From Pavona decussata (taxonomy: Eukaryota), in contig CDRNST010000287.1 in assembly GCA_977016875.1 (NCBI GenBank), positions 124,001 through 188,000 of the forward strand: DNA of 64,000 nucleotides. The letters are read 5' to 3'. A model generated the notes under the pieces. That model was not told the DNA's origin and searched no databases. It worked only from the letters and a program-made list of their open reading frames with translations. Both the position numbers and the translations under genes were made by a program. Positions 47,417-59,459 of the stretch are shown piece by piece. Position 1 is the stretch's first letter; every line of letters begins with the position of its first letter.

Positions 47417-50400
47417 GTTTTCACATATATTGTGAAAACAGATCCTGAAGGTAGCTCTGCTACTCAAATTAAGTGTGAGGCGGACCTTAGCAGATTACGT
47501 TGATAGGTTATACTTCATATGTAGCTTAAGCTTAGTTTATTTATTATGCCCGCAGCCTTTATCTTTCTCTTCCTCTCGATCGTCGATCACGTTACAAAAC
47601 TGATATTATTACAAATTTTGCTTCATTTGCTTCGATGACGGATGGAGGTTTAGGATTTTGCATAGCTTGTTTTTTTCACTTTCGGACGAACGCGGATAAA
47701 TCCCAGAAGAGTAATTTAAGCGTTAGTGTCCTTTTGTTATTAGCCTTAGTTTAGTGTCAATTATTTTGTAGTCCGTGTTTTGTTTCCTTTTTTGGGGGGC
47801 CTAATTTTCTTTAGCTTAATTTATGCTCGAATTTTGTTTCTTACTGTTTTGTATAAACAATGTCTAACTTGAAGATTTTGTCACCGAATGTGCGTGGCCT
47901 TCGTAAAGCAGAAAAAAGAAGAGCTATATTCTGTTATCTGAAAAAACAAAAAGCTTCAATTTTTTGCCTTCAAGAAACATTCTCAAAGACAGAAGACGAA
48001 ACTATTTGGCGTGCTGAATGGGGTGGACAGATATTATTCTCTCACGGCTCAGAGCACTCTAGAGGTGTATGTATATTAGTGAAACCAAACGGCTTTCCCT
48101 TAGAAACCATAGAAAATGATGAAGAAGGGCGGTATATCTTTGCTAATTTGAAATTAACAACAGAGGAATTATCATTAGTCAATATTTATGCAACAACGGA
48201 TTGTCGCCTGCAAATTCCATTTCTGCAAAAAATTACCCACCTTTTGGTAACTAAAACCTGTGTTTCTAGGGTCATTATGGTAGGAGATTGGAATACAACG
48301 CTTAGCCATCTAGACAAAAGTGGTGGCCTTCCATGGAAAGAAACAATTTATAGGAATGGTTTGGTGAGTTTGATGGCGGAACTTAACTTGGTTGATGTTT
48401 ACAGAACACTTCACCCAAACACAAAAACATATACTTATGAAACCAAGAGTCAAAAATTAAAGTCTAGAATAGATTACTTCATAATTGCAAAACAATTAAT
48501 CAACAAGGTAAAGAAAACAGAAACACGATCCTCAATTGCTCCCGATCATAAAGCTGTCTTTCTTAGCCTTGAAATCGATCAAACATTTAAACGTGGACCG
48601 GGTACATGGAAATTTAACAACACCCTACTGAAAGACGACAAATATATAAATTTAATTAAAAACAATTACTCTTCTATTCAAGAGAAATACAAAGAAATTG
48701 AAAGCCGTCAACTGTATTGGGAATTGGTAAAAATGGAAATAAGAAGTATGACAATTGTCTTCTCCAAGAAGAAAAGGTTCAATTTGAGAAACCGTGAAAC
48801 AGCCATCCAACGTAAGTTAGAAGAGCTAGATAAGGAAATTTGTAATAATCAAAATCTAGACGATGATATTCTAACGGAGTACGAGAACCTTAAAAAAGAC
48901 CTGTCCGAAATTTATCATACAAAGGGAAAGGAGGCGATGTTCAGATCAAAAATAAGATGGATTGAGAATGATGAAAAACCAACGAAATACTTTTTTAACT
49001 TGGAAAAACGGAATTATGAGAAAAAGATTATAACCCAGCTTAAAACAATAGACGGAGAAATAATCACGGATTTAAGCATGATAAATGAAGAAATAGAAAA
49101 CTATTACAAAAACTTCCTGACTGCTAGAATCCCACAAGACGAGAACAATAATTTCGACGACAACTTTGGCCGCTTCTCCTCTGATTTACAAAATCCAAAA
49201 CTAGCTCAAGACGAAGCAAGCGAACTTGAGCAAGAACTGACAAAAGATGAACTACTGAATGCCTTAAAAGGTTTCCAACCTGACAAAACTCCAGGTGATG
49301 ACGGTTTCACGAAAGAATTTTATGAAATCTTCTTCGAATTGCTATGGAGGAACCTCCTCGACTCTTTCAACGAAGCCTTTCAAACAGGCAAACTGTCTAT
49401 ATCTCAGAGAAGAGGAATTATTTCGCTAATACCAAAAGATGAAAACAATCTTATGGTTTTAAGCAACTGGCGTCCAATAACATTGCTTAATGTCGACTAT
49501 AAAATATTGGCTAGAGCTATTGCAAAAAGAATAGAGACGAAGATGCCCAAACTGATTCATTCGGACCAAACAGGGTTCGTAAAAGGACGATACATCGGTC
49601 AAAATGTGAGGCTTTTAAATGACCTGATGGAATTTACCGAATTAAACAAAGTCCCAGGAATACTACTCTTTATAGACTTCGAAAAAGCCATTGATACATT
49701 AGAATGGCCTTTTATTCATCACACTTTAAGATTCTTCAATTTTGGCCCGAACATTCAAAAATGGATTTCAGTACTCTATAGCGATGTTGAAAGCGGAGCT
49801 ATAAACGGCGGATACATGACTAATTATTTTCGAGTATCAAGGGGCGTAAGGCAAGGATGCCCGCTGAGCCCTCTATTATTCGTCCTATGTGTAGAACTTC
49901 TTGCACAAAAAATACGACAAAATCCGGAAATAACAGGTATTGAACTACCTAATTCCATTGAAGCTAAGCTAAGCCAGTTCGCTGACGACACTACATTAAT
50001 ATGTAAGGACACGATGTCATTACGTGGAAGTATGTCAGTTTTGGGGAGCTTTGGTGAAATTTCAGGTTTAAAGCTAAACAGCAAAAAGACAAAGGCTATG
50101 TGGATAGGCTCTTTGAAAAACAACAAAACCAAACCCTTAGAGATAGATGTTCCAGCGGACCCAATTAAGACCTTAGGAACCCATCTTTCAAACGATAGAG
50201 ACAAAAATAACAATTTGAATTTTTATCTAAAAATTCAAAAGATGGAAACTACATTAAATATCTGGTTGTCTCGCGACCTTACACTTATGGGAAGAACCCT
50301 GCTTGCTAAAACTCTAGGAGTCTCTAAATTGGTGTATGCAGCCTCAATGTTGACTGTTCCTCAAGAAGTTATTAAAAGAGTCCAAACCAAGCTCTTTAAT

Positions 50401-51850
50401 TTTTTATGGAAAAACAAAAAAGATAAAATAAAAAGGGAAGTTCTTTTTCAAGAAACAAGTAAAGGTGGCCTGAACTTTCCAAATTTTGCAACGACAGTTA
50501 AAGCACTCCGCTTGAGTTGGATTGGTAGACTGCTTAACAGTCCAACTACCGATGCATGGACAGCTATTCCAAATGCTTTTTTTGAAAAATATGGAGGTCT
50601 TAACTTCTTGCTCAAGTGTAATTATCATATAAAGAAACTAGACAAAAATTTACCGTCTTTCTACTTAGAAATGCTAGAGTACTTTAAGGAATTACGTCTA
50701 AATCGCCAAGATAAATACAAAAGTGACCTTGTTTTATGGAACAATCAAGACATAACTATTGAAGGTAAATCGCTGTTCTGGAAAAGTTGGACCGAAAATG
50801 GAATTTACTACATTCAAGACATTCTGAATGAAAATGGAAAATTCCTAACTTATGAAGAATTTAATCGCAAGTACAAAATAAAAATTAATTTTCTAAACTA
50901 TTTTCAAATCCTGGCATCAATTCCAGCAAACCTCAAATCAAAGGCAGCTTCTACACCCAGACCTATGAACTTTATTCTCGATGATTGTGATACATTTGAC
51001 TTATCTAGGGACAAATCGATTAAACTTTCAAAAATGAAATGTAAAGACTATTATCATCTCTTTCAAGAAAAAGCAGAAGTTACACCAACAGCCATAAAAA
51101 CTTGGGCCAGACAATACCCCGATATAGAATGTAAATGGCAAAAATTATTCCAAAATATACCTCGCCTCTCTACTAACAACAAACTGAGACAATTCTCCTT
51201 TAAAATGTTACACCGTATTTTAGTGACCAAAAAAGAGCTCAAACGATTTAAAATAGCAGATAATGAGGAGTGTTTTTTCTGTAATTCAGCTGATTCCTTG
51301 GAACATGCATTTCTGGAGTGCCCTGCAGGCCAAAAACTCTTTCAAGAAGCCTTAACATGGTTTAATAATAAGCACAAAGTAAATTTTACTCCATCTAAAC
51401 AACAGTACCTATTTAAAGACTATGATCCACCCCCGAGTACTAACTCAAAATTAATGCGGAAATTCCAGATCCTTACTGTACAAACTCAGAAATATTACTA
51501 CTCATGTAAAATGTTAGAAAAACCTCCAAATATTCTAGAATTGAAGTCAGCGCTAATCTTACAATGGAAAGTTGAAAAATGGGAAATTTAAAATTAATTA
51601 CAAAATTTCATCCTTTTCTTACTGCTTTCCTGTTTTTTTTTTTTAGTAGCGTGTAACCCGCAGTTTGTAAGTAATCTAGTTACTGTTATGTTTAAGGCTA
51701 TCTGTATTAAATTGTAAGTAGAGTCCTGTTTTGTTCAGTAGCGTAAGTAACCAGTAAGCATGTATTGTAGGTAGAATACTGTATTGTCTAGTGATATATT
51801 TAGCCCGTACTGTAAGTAATGTAAGTAATGTGATTTTGCAAACAATAAAG

Positions 51851-51877
<27 letters not shown>
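47417..51877 (+). mobile_element. Tx1/L1-clade LINE, 5'-truncated within ORF1
   Basis: 15-bp TSD AACCCATCAAATCTC (47402-47416, 51878-51892). AATAAA then poly(A) from 51851. Probable ORF1 tail ...TQIKCEADLSRLR* ending at 47503. Confidence 0.93.
47860..51591 (+). CDS. LINE ORF2: APE endonuclease, reverse transcriptase, C-terminal CCHC (1243 aa, uninterrupted)
   Basis: EN motifs NVRG, LQET, GDWN, RIDY, PDH. RT motifs KTPGDDG, WRPITLLNVDYK, GVRQGCPLSP, QFADD. C-terminal CFFC...EHAFLEC. Confidence 0.95.
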   Translation: MSNLKILSPNVRGLRKAEKRRAIFCYLKKQKASIFCLQETFSKTEDETIWRAEWGGQILFSHGSEHSRGVCILVKPNGFPLETIENDEEGRYIFANLKLTTEELSLVNIYATTDCRLQIPFLQKITHLLVTKTCVSRVIMVGDWNTTLSHLDKSGGLPWKETIYRNGLVSLMAELNLVDVYRTLHPNTKTYTYETKSQKLKSRIDYFIIAKQLINKVKKTETRSSIAPDHKAVFLSLEIDQTFKRGPGTWKFNNTLLKDDKYINLIKNNYSSIQEKYKEIESRQLYWELVKMEIRSMTIVFSKKKRFNLRNRETAIQRKLEELDKEICNNQNLDDDILTEYENLKKDLSEIYHTKGKEAMFRSKIRWIENDEKPTKYFFNLEKRNYEKKIITQLKTIDGEIITDLSMINEEIENYYKNFLTARIPQDENNNFDDNFGRFSSDLQNPKLAQDEASELEQELTKDELLNALKGFQPDKTPGDDGFTKEFYEIFFELLWRNLLDSFNEAFQTGKLSISQRRGIISLIPKDENNLMVLSNWRPITLLNVDYKILARAIAKRIETKMPKLIHSDQTGFVKGRYIGQNVRLLNDLMEFTELNKVPGILLFIDFEKAIDTLEWPFIHHTLRFFNFGPNIQKWISVLYSDVESGAINGGYMTNYFRVSRGVRQGCPLSPLLFVLCVELLAQKIRQNPEITGIELPNSIEAKLSQFADDTTLICKDTMSLRGSMSVLGSFGEISGLKLNSKKTKAMWIGSLKNNKTKPLEIDVPADPIKTLGTHLSNDRDKNNNLNFYLKIQKMETTLNIWLSRDLTLMGRTLLAKTLGVSKLVYAASMLTVPQEVIKRVQTKLFNFLWKNKKDKIKREVLFQETSKGGLNFPNFATTVKALRLSWIGRLLNSPTTDAWTAIPNAFFEKYGGLNFLLKCNYHIKKLDKNLPSFYLEMLEYFKELRLNRQDKYKSDLVLWNNQDITIEGKSLFWKSWTENGIYYIQDILNENGKFLTYEEFNRKYKIKINFLNYFQILASIPANLKSKAASTPRPMNFILDDCDTFDLSRDKSIKLSKMKCKDYYHLFQEKAEVTPTAIKTWARQYPDIECKWQKLFQNIPRLSTNNKLRQFSFKMLHRILVTKKELKRFKIADNEECFFCNSADSLEHAFLECPAGQKLFQEALTWFNNKHKVNFTPSKQQYLFKDYDPPPSTNSKLMRKFQILTVQTQKYYYSCKMLEKPPNILELKSALILQWKVEKWEI

Positions 51878-51881
<4 letters not shown>

Positions 51882-52242
51882 CATCAAATCTCAGATGTAA
51901 ACACCGTAATAGTCCATCCAGAAACGTCATGTACGCTATCACCAAACTGGAACGTATAATGACAACAAACCCAACCATTGCGCAGCATGCTATACAGACC
52001 AGAAATCATGTTCAACAGAAAGATACAGGTTTTTTAATGATAACTACCCAACGTGATGGGTAACCAATATCAATCCTCAACAAAAGTTTTATTGAAAATC
52101 CCTCCACTCGAAAGTGTTCCAGCCTGCACTTCCTAACTGCTGGTTATTTCTAGTTTTATACTACTGACATGGAGAATGGGGAAATTTTACTGTTGATATG
52201 TGGAAAATAGCAGAATTATAGTTTTTCCTTTTTTTCTCTCAG

Positions 52243-52459
52243 ACATTTCTTGGAATGATCTATGAAAATGAGAATGGTGCTGGTGGCATTTTACGAGTCT
52301 TGGAACAGCTACACAAGAATGTTCCACACCATGGTGATGATGAACACCAGGTGTATGGAAAGCAAGGCGTGGTTGGTGACCAGCTTAATGTAGAATGGAA
52401 GACTGAAGGGACTACACTTTGAGATAGCAGACTGCCATACAGGCAAAAAGTTCTTAGAG
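52243..52459 (+). pseudogene. Academ transposase internal exon
   Basis: AG|TFLGMIYENE...LEQLH..VP...VVGDQLNVE / RLKGLHFEIADCH...|GT (GDQL and ADWH-like motifs). Confidence 0.7.
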
Positions 52460-54334
52460 GTAAACTAATAACTGCATGAGAACAATTCCATCAATCCTTA
52501 AGACAAAGTCGGTTTGGCTGCTCCTATTCAATCTTTGGGGATGGCACTGGCTTGAAACACAAGCAAAAAAGAGGTTACTAAAAATTATTACTTTTTACTT
52601 TGAAACAACCTAATTAAAACCTCTTTTTGCTTTGGGCGGTTTTTATTTTTATCATCTTCCAGCATCGGCGTAAAGTTCCCCAATTTTAGTCCAAAAGTCA
52701 ACTTGCTTTGTAACATAACTTCATGTTGATAAAAAATTTGCGGTTTGGGAATCACGTTGAGTTTTTTAGAAACATAACTCACTGAATAACACAAAACTTT
52801 TTCTCGTGACAATGTTGCCATTTCATTGAACTCGGTTTTTTACAAATTGTAAACTCTTCTGCAAAAATATAAGCCCCTTGAGCAATTAAACATGTGCTCA
52901 ACATCAAATTTCCAGACGTGTAGGTAAACATTGACACTTATCGAATTGAGGCTGAAATAAAACCATGAAGATAAAAATAATGATAAAAACAAATGCAAAT
53001 AACTCATTCAAGACTCGTCTCTCTGCCTCAGAAAGCAGTTGATAAACATTTCCTAATGTATTTGATTCTAAGGGATTTTGACATAAATGAAAATCGTTTA
53101 AAAATATTGGCAATATGTCCACGACATCAAGATGGCAGTATGATGGAATTACATGGCGTTGTCAGTCAAAAAAGTTATGTTCAGTTTCACTAGACTGGGC
53201 GGTCCACAAGCAGAAAGAATTTAGAGGAGACCATGGTATCACACTCCCTCAATCTCGACAATCTCTGTACTTGTTCCAGTTGCTTTGTGTAAGTAAATAG
53301 TTATATTTTAAACTCACCAACCCGACTGCTCTGTGGCAAAAGGAATAACTATTCTGCGTATTTTTAAAAAATGACTTCTTTTAAAAAACTTCGTAGAAAT
53401 CAATACCTAGGGGGCAGTTTTCTTACTTGGAACATGTACAGGTTCACACCGTTGAGACTGTCTTGTGACATCATCGACCTTGGAATCACACAAAAGAAAA
53501 AATCCTGCAATATTTTGAAGTAGTTGTATTTTTGCCATTTATAGTCTTATGTTCAGAATTATGTTCCCTATTTCAGATCCCTTGGGGCGATACATTATAT
53601 AAAAAATTCCAATTGATGATAAACTTTGTTTTTGTGAATGTTTATGCACCAAATAAAGACAAAATATGCACCAAAATATTTCCGTATGGTATGAAAATCA
53701 AAACCTTGGCCGCAAAGCATCTTGGTCGACAGGCATCCTTGCTTTTTTCAAAGTGTTTTAGTGTCACTTAGATAATCAAAAATTGTGTCATTCTAGGGAG
53801 ACAATCTGCGAGCTAGTATCGAGGATGCTATGAAACCTTTTCTCACTTGCAGCCAAAAAGCTTGATCCATGTGGGTCCAGCCAGAGAAAAGAATGTGTCA
53901 ACAGTTTCATTGGTACGAAAGCACGAAAAGTTTGTCACTACGGTGGATCTGAGAGTAGTGATTTCCACATGGCGGCAGCAATTTTGCAATTCAGTGAAGG
54001 GAAGCAGCACAACTAATGGGTGTTGCGGGCAATGCCGTGACTGAAAGCACACCTAGGTGATGGACAAGAAGAAAGATAGAAACATTCTAAGGCAGTCAAC
54101 CAAGGCGTTTAAGAGAGCTAGGTGAAGTGCGAAGAAAAGAAAAGCCAAAAGGCCCGATCATTGGAACATAATGAGGGTCTGACCTATGAGAGCAGTGTAG
54201 GACTAACAAAAAGTGAGGCTGACAGATTGACAATCACGACTGGGACTTTGAGTGATCTACGATCGACTATTACGGATAAGGACTCTGTGAGCATAGCGAG
54301 CCTGCAAGAGAGTACAGAAAATGAGGTACTTATA

Positions 54335-54561
54335 GCGGCCACACCCTTAATCGAATTTTTCCATTGGTATCGCCAGGACTTTTTCAAAGGGGTAATAACT
54401 TGTGATGTGTTGTCCATTATAGACTTCCGATGCTTAAAAACTCCAAAAATAAAGCGCAGGCACTTGAACTACACATGGTTATACTCCTTGGGGGAGGGGA
54501 TGTAAGTGAGCGCCCGAAACCCTGTCGTTGACACCCGATGTTGAATCTAATTCTTTCACTG
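54335..54561. mobile_element. 227-bp unclassified insertion flanked by TTATA direct repeats
   Basis: TTATA at 54330-54334 and 54562-54566. Removal restores the frame ENEVLI|SFQEQ. No TIR seen. Confidence 0.65.
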
Positions 54562-54703
54562 TTATAAGTTTTCAGGAGCAGACGGGGACACCGAATGGCC
54601 CTTTTGTGCTAGCTATATGTGATACAGAAACAACGGGGCTTGGTATGGAGGGCAAGATAATTCACCTGTCGTGCTTAGGTCAGGGGAAGGCACCGTTTAA
54701 CCA

Positions 54704-55881
54704 CATGACAACTTCACGTCGATTTAAGTGTGTACCCACGTTTCGTGGGTCGTTAAGTATTCATATATTCATGCTATTGTTTAGACTCATTGCCAATTCA
54801 TCTGTGTTCACGTCGGATGTCACTCGGGAATGTAAGACAACTATAGAAATCGGAAGGCCCTTTGAGGAAATGTGTGACAATTTCCTTTTGTTTATCATCG
54901 GAGAATGAACAATAGCTCAGTTTCATTCACAAAAACCTTTTCAAAGCTGTCGGACTGCAACTTTTCTTTGATAATCTCTCAACTTTTATTGTTTATTTTA
55001 TGCTTATGATCAAGCATGCACTTATCGGAACGATCTCGAATATCAAACGTAAACACGGCTGTTAATATCAAGAACTCAGGATGCTCAGTGTTTGCAGTAA
55101 TATCAAAAATCCAGGCTTCATTCAATTTATTTAAAGAAGAAAGTGAAATTCGTCTAACAACTTTTTTACTCTTTAGGGAATAACTTCAATAATTCAAAAT
55201 CTAAACGAGAAGGAGCAGTCAGCTGCGGAACTGTCAGACGGCGCAACGTTGAGAAATCTCGACCACAGAAACTCATTTAGACCACATTTTATGGCCGTCA
55301 AATCGACCCTCTCGTCAAAAAATACAAATTTCAAAAAGCAACATTTTCGGGATGGACTTAAATTTCATTCAAGAATCTCTGCAATAATACCTTCGGGAAT
55401 TCACACACGCCTCGGAAGAAGACGGCTTCGCATAAATTAACTTTGCAGTTCAAACTGACAATCAACAAACAAACATCCAACTTCGGCCTACATTGACCAA
55501 AAAGCCTTGTTCAAGATCTCTTTTTGAAGCTCTCAAAATGCTCTATTTTCATAAATACATATCGAACTTGGAAATGTTTTGCGAAAAAAACTAAATGCAT
55601 GTAAAGTCCGAAGTCATTCTATGCAGTTCATTCACACATCAAGAACAAAAGGATACAATAATAAACTCTGCCGCTCATGGTCGCTTTATTGTGCTATTGT
55701 TCCATTCGTTTGAAGTCGCTTCAGGTCCTCATCCAAAAGATCTTACCTAACTTATTCAACACGCTTTCGGTAGCTCCCGAAGTGAATGCCGAAAGGACTA
55801 AAAACGAGCCTTCAAGCTACAAAATCCAGCGGTTTTTCCCATTTCTGAATAACACACTTAAATCGGCGTGACGTTGTAATG
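54704..55881. mobile_element. Non-autonomous DNA transposon with ~30-bp TIRs and 3-bp TSD (CACTA/CMC-like ends, CAT(G/T)A)
   Basis: CATGACAACTTCACGTCGATTTAAGTGTGT and ACACACTTAAATCGGCGTGACGTTGTAATG. TSD CCA (54701-54703, 55882-55884). Removal restores TTT AAC CAG TAT (FNQY). Confidence 0.85.
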
Positions 55882-56995
55882 CCAGTATCTGCTTCCAGAC
55901 AAGAAAATGATATAGGAAAGTTCCACCAAGATTCACAGAATGTCTGTAGGATATCAAAATGGGGCCAAGCCATTGCACAAAAATGGTAACCTGTTGCCAG
56001 CTGTGTCACAATCTCAGGGATTGGGGGATTTTCTTAGCTTCATAAAAGAGGTTGGAAGTGAGACGCGGGTTGTTCTTGTTGCCCACAACGGTAATCGATT
56101 CAACTTCCGCATTTTGATATGTTGCATGAAAGAACAGGGTCTACTTGAGCACTTTCTAGAGTGCAGGCTGATGCTTTTGGATTCACTAAAAGTAATCACA
56201 GAAGAAAAAAAGGCTCGGGGAAGTCATCTAAAGGAGTGGAAGGGGAAATTTCTTGCTACTGTGCACAAGAAATTGTTTGGCGAGCAATTTAATGCCCATG
56301 ATTCCCTAGAGGACGTGGTTGCACTGGGAAGGGTCCTACACAGTAACAAGTTGCAACAGACTCGGGAAGGGATGGTAGCGTTGGCTAGGCAAGCAAACAC
56401 TTTTTGTGGAGACATGGCTATGAAAGCTGTAGCCAAGGGAAGAAAGTCCACCCTACAAATGCTAGGAATTTCCGATGTCAGGAAGGACAAAATATGCAAG
56501 GCCGGCCTAGATATGAACACCCTCAGCGCCTTGTATAATGCAGGAGGTTCAAGGGCTTTACTAACAATTTTAGTATTACCTCCAAGCAAAACAAGCAAGA
56601 AAGATTCTAGAGCGAAACCAAAAGTCACCAAAAAACTGATGGTGCCTACAAGTGTAGTTAATTTTTTCACTACCAGATAAAAAGACAAGTAATGAGTTGG
56701 TTTCATTACTTGCTTGCATTAAATCTATGTAAAAATGATGTTTTTTTAATAGTAAGTAGATTTAGTGTGTAGCCTTTCTTGATTTTTTTGCAAAGGCACA
56801 AGAAGCATTTTTGCCCAGAAAACAATTGCTGTGTGACAAGGGAATTTCTGTTAGGCCATACGTGATAACAATTGCCCTGTAGTGGTCGATAAGCCTGCGA
56901 AACACAATAAATTGTCATTGCAAAAATCAGATTTAGTAGTGCGGTGTTTTGAGTTTTTTCTCCTATCTCACATTCTTTTTTTAACGTTAACACCC

Positions 56996-58773
56996 ATGCC
57001 TCCTAAGCACCGTGCAACAAGCCATCCTAAAAGGAAGTTTTCGGGAAATCAATTCACAAAACCTTCGAGAGGAAATTCTAAGAGTGGGATGAAAGAAATG
57101 AACAAAGAAGCATGTGGTTCAAATACCGTCGGTCAACATAGTAAGCAGTCTGTGTCTTCAAAAAAGCTTTTGGCAAAGTCTGATGCCATGGAATCAAAAC
57201 CTTGCAAAGTTGAAGAACCTCACGAAGAGGTAACAATAACGAGTTTCAGGTTTGTCAACATGCAGCTACTCAGCACAACATTTTCTCCCCTGAGGTGTGC
57301 TGATTGTGGAGAATTCAGCATAGCGCTTTTGGAAAACCACTTAGAAAGGAAGAGATGTGTTTCGAGTCTTGAGTCTTTTGCGAGAATTGTGGCTGGAAAC
57401 ATGAGTTTTGGACGTCTAAAAAGCAGACTTTGAGTTTTGAGGTGAATAGGCGTTTAGTGTATTCCATGAGATCGATACGAAGAGGGCACAGTGGAGCAAT
57501 GAATAATGAATATGCCACCGCCTCCAACAGCAAGGGCATATCAGAAAAATGCAAGAACGGTTGGTAAACATGTTAAAGTTGTTGCTAAAGATGCTCTGCC
57601 CAGTTCAGCAAAAGAAATCACGGATGCCCAGCATGCTAGTGAAGAATTGTGGTACCTGGAAGAGGAGAGAATACTCTTCACAGAATAGTTGCGTGATAAT
57701 CATGTCAATTGATACTGGTAAAGTCTTAGATGTGGAACCACTCACTAAAGTTTGTAAACATTGTCAACTTCACTCCCATTTAGATAAAGACAGTGAGTAG
57801 TACCGTAGATGGAGAACAGAACACAATAACTGCAAAGCTAATTATAAGGGCTCTGCCCCAGCCATGGAATCAGAGGGTGCAGATCGTATTTTTAGACGGT
57901 CTGTTGCAACTCATAAGCTTCAGTATACTGACCTGTAATTCAGATGGTGACCCTGCAAAAGTTACAATCAAGTCAAGGATGTTTATTCTGCAGATGGTAT
58001 TCAAGCTGTCAAGAAAGAATGTATAGGACACGTACAAAAATAAGTGGGCACAGCACTCAGAAAACTGAAGAAGTTCCTGGTCTCGGTGGAAAAAGAAAAC
58101 TCACCAATGCCACAATTGATAAACTTTATAACTATTATGGCATTGAAATAAATGTGATGGTATATATTATGGCATTGCTATTTGTTCTACCATTGGAGAA
58201 TGGAATGGAATGAAAAAAGGCAATGCATGGATGTTCTTCCATTGTGCCTCAAGTGAACGACGTGATCTTCACACCCACTGTCCAACTGGACCCTTGAGCT
58301 GGTGTGGTTGTAAGCGAGACAGAAACAGTTTCAAACATAGGCCTGGATTGCCTGATGCTTTTATTGCAAAAGTCAAACCTGTGTATCAAAGATTGAGTGA
58401 TGGTTCTTTGCTGGAAAAATGCCTTCATGGAAAACCTCAAAATCAGAATGAAGCTGCAAATGGAATAGTGTGGGAATGCATACCCAAGGAAGCTTTTGTT
58501 GGAGCTGGCTTGCTGGAATTTGGCTTGTTTCATGCTGTAAGCCACTTCAATACTGGGGCTAGGACTGTTCTGCTGCTTCAAAAAGCACTAAAAATTTCCC
58601 CAGGAAAATACACAGAAGAGGGGTGTGGGCGCCTTGACCTGGATCATATTTGTGGTGCTGAGTACTGTCCCTTAGGGGACAAAGAAAGAAAAAAGAAGAC
58701 AAAAGCCAACAAGCAGGGGGTGTCAGTTATGCTGCTAGAGCATTTTAAGACACTTACTTTGTTCAGAGATTGA
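56996..58773 (+). pseudogene. Intronless Kolobok ('Mutator-like transposase domain') transposase, frameshifted
   Basis: KRKFSGNQFT; CADC; GTWKRREYSSQN...TGKVLDVEPLTKVCKHC; DGD; ECIGHVQK; HTHCPTGPLSWC; LEKCLHGKPQNQNEAANGIVW..PK. Confidence 0.85.
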
Positions 58774-59024
58774 ACAGAGGGTTTTGAAACCCAAGTACAA
58801 CTTTTAGATGCATTTTTCTGTCAAACTGCATTTTGATAGAATTCCGACTAGCTCAACATGCCTAGTTCAAAATATTTAAGATAATTTCATGCAATTTCTG
58901 TAGAAAATCTTGAATGGTGCTTCTGTGCAATAAACCTAACACAAACTACAAAGGTAAATTGACCATTCCATGGCAGGCATATTTTTTGTAGAAAGGGCCC
59001 ATTATTTGTTTTTGTGAAAGTTTT

Positions 59025-59455
59025 TCATGAAAGTTGAAATTAAAATATCCTGAGAAGCTCATCAACTTGACTATCAGCAGCTTTCAGCACCCTCCAGACG
59101 TAAGTCATGTAAGTCTTACACAATCAGGCAGTCCCCTACGGATCACTATGCCATTCAAGGATCAGAAATCTGCTGACATGGTTCGCAGACAACTTTGCAA
59201 CCTTGGGCGAAAGATCAATCACGATTTGCAGCCAATTTTTACTAGCAAAAAGATCATTGATGACTTGAGGTAAGCAGAATTGAAGTCTCCTATTGTTAAC
59301 CAACAGAGTGTTGTGTACGAATTTACGCGTGATCTGTGCGATACAAATTATATCGGTTACACGTGCCGCCACCTCCATCAACAACACTGTTTGAGATCAA
59401 CAGACCAGCAAGGATCGAGAATTCGGCGATGACACGAGGTCATTGAAACATCATG
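59025..59455 (+). mobile_element. Penelope-like fragment (RT end / GIY-YIG start)
   Basis: LKYPEKLI...ITMPFKDQKSADMVRRQL...VNQQSVVYEF..DLCDTNYIGYTCRHLHQ. Confidence 0.8.
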
Positions 59456-59459
59456 TAAC

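Larger units (their letters stand above)
53797..56680 (+). pseudogene. Kolobok-like transposase C-terminus running into a DEDDh 3'-5' exonuclease; interrupted by two insertions
   Basis: GSSQRKECVNSFIGTKARKVCHYGGSES...EGLTYESSVGL, then CDTETTGL (Exo I), FNQYLLP (restored), VLVAHNGNRFNF (Exo II) and AHDSLEDV (Exo III). Confidence 0.75.
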
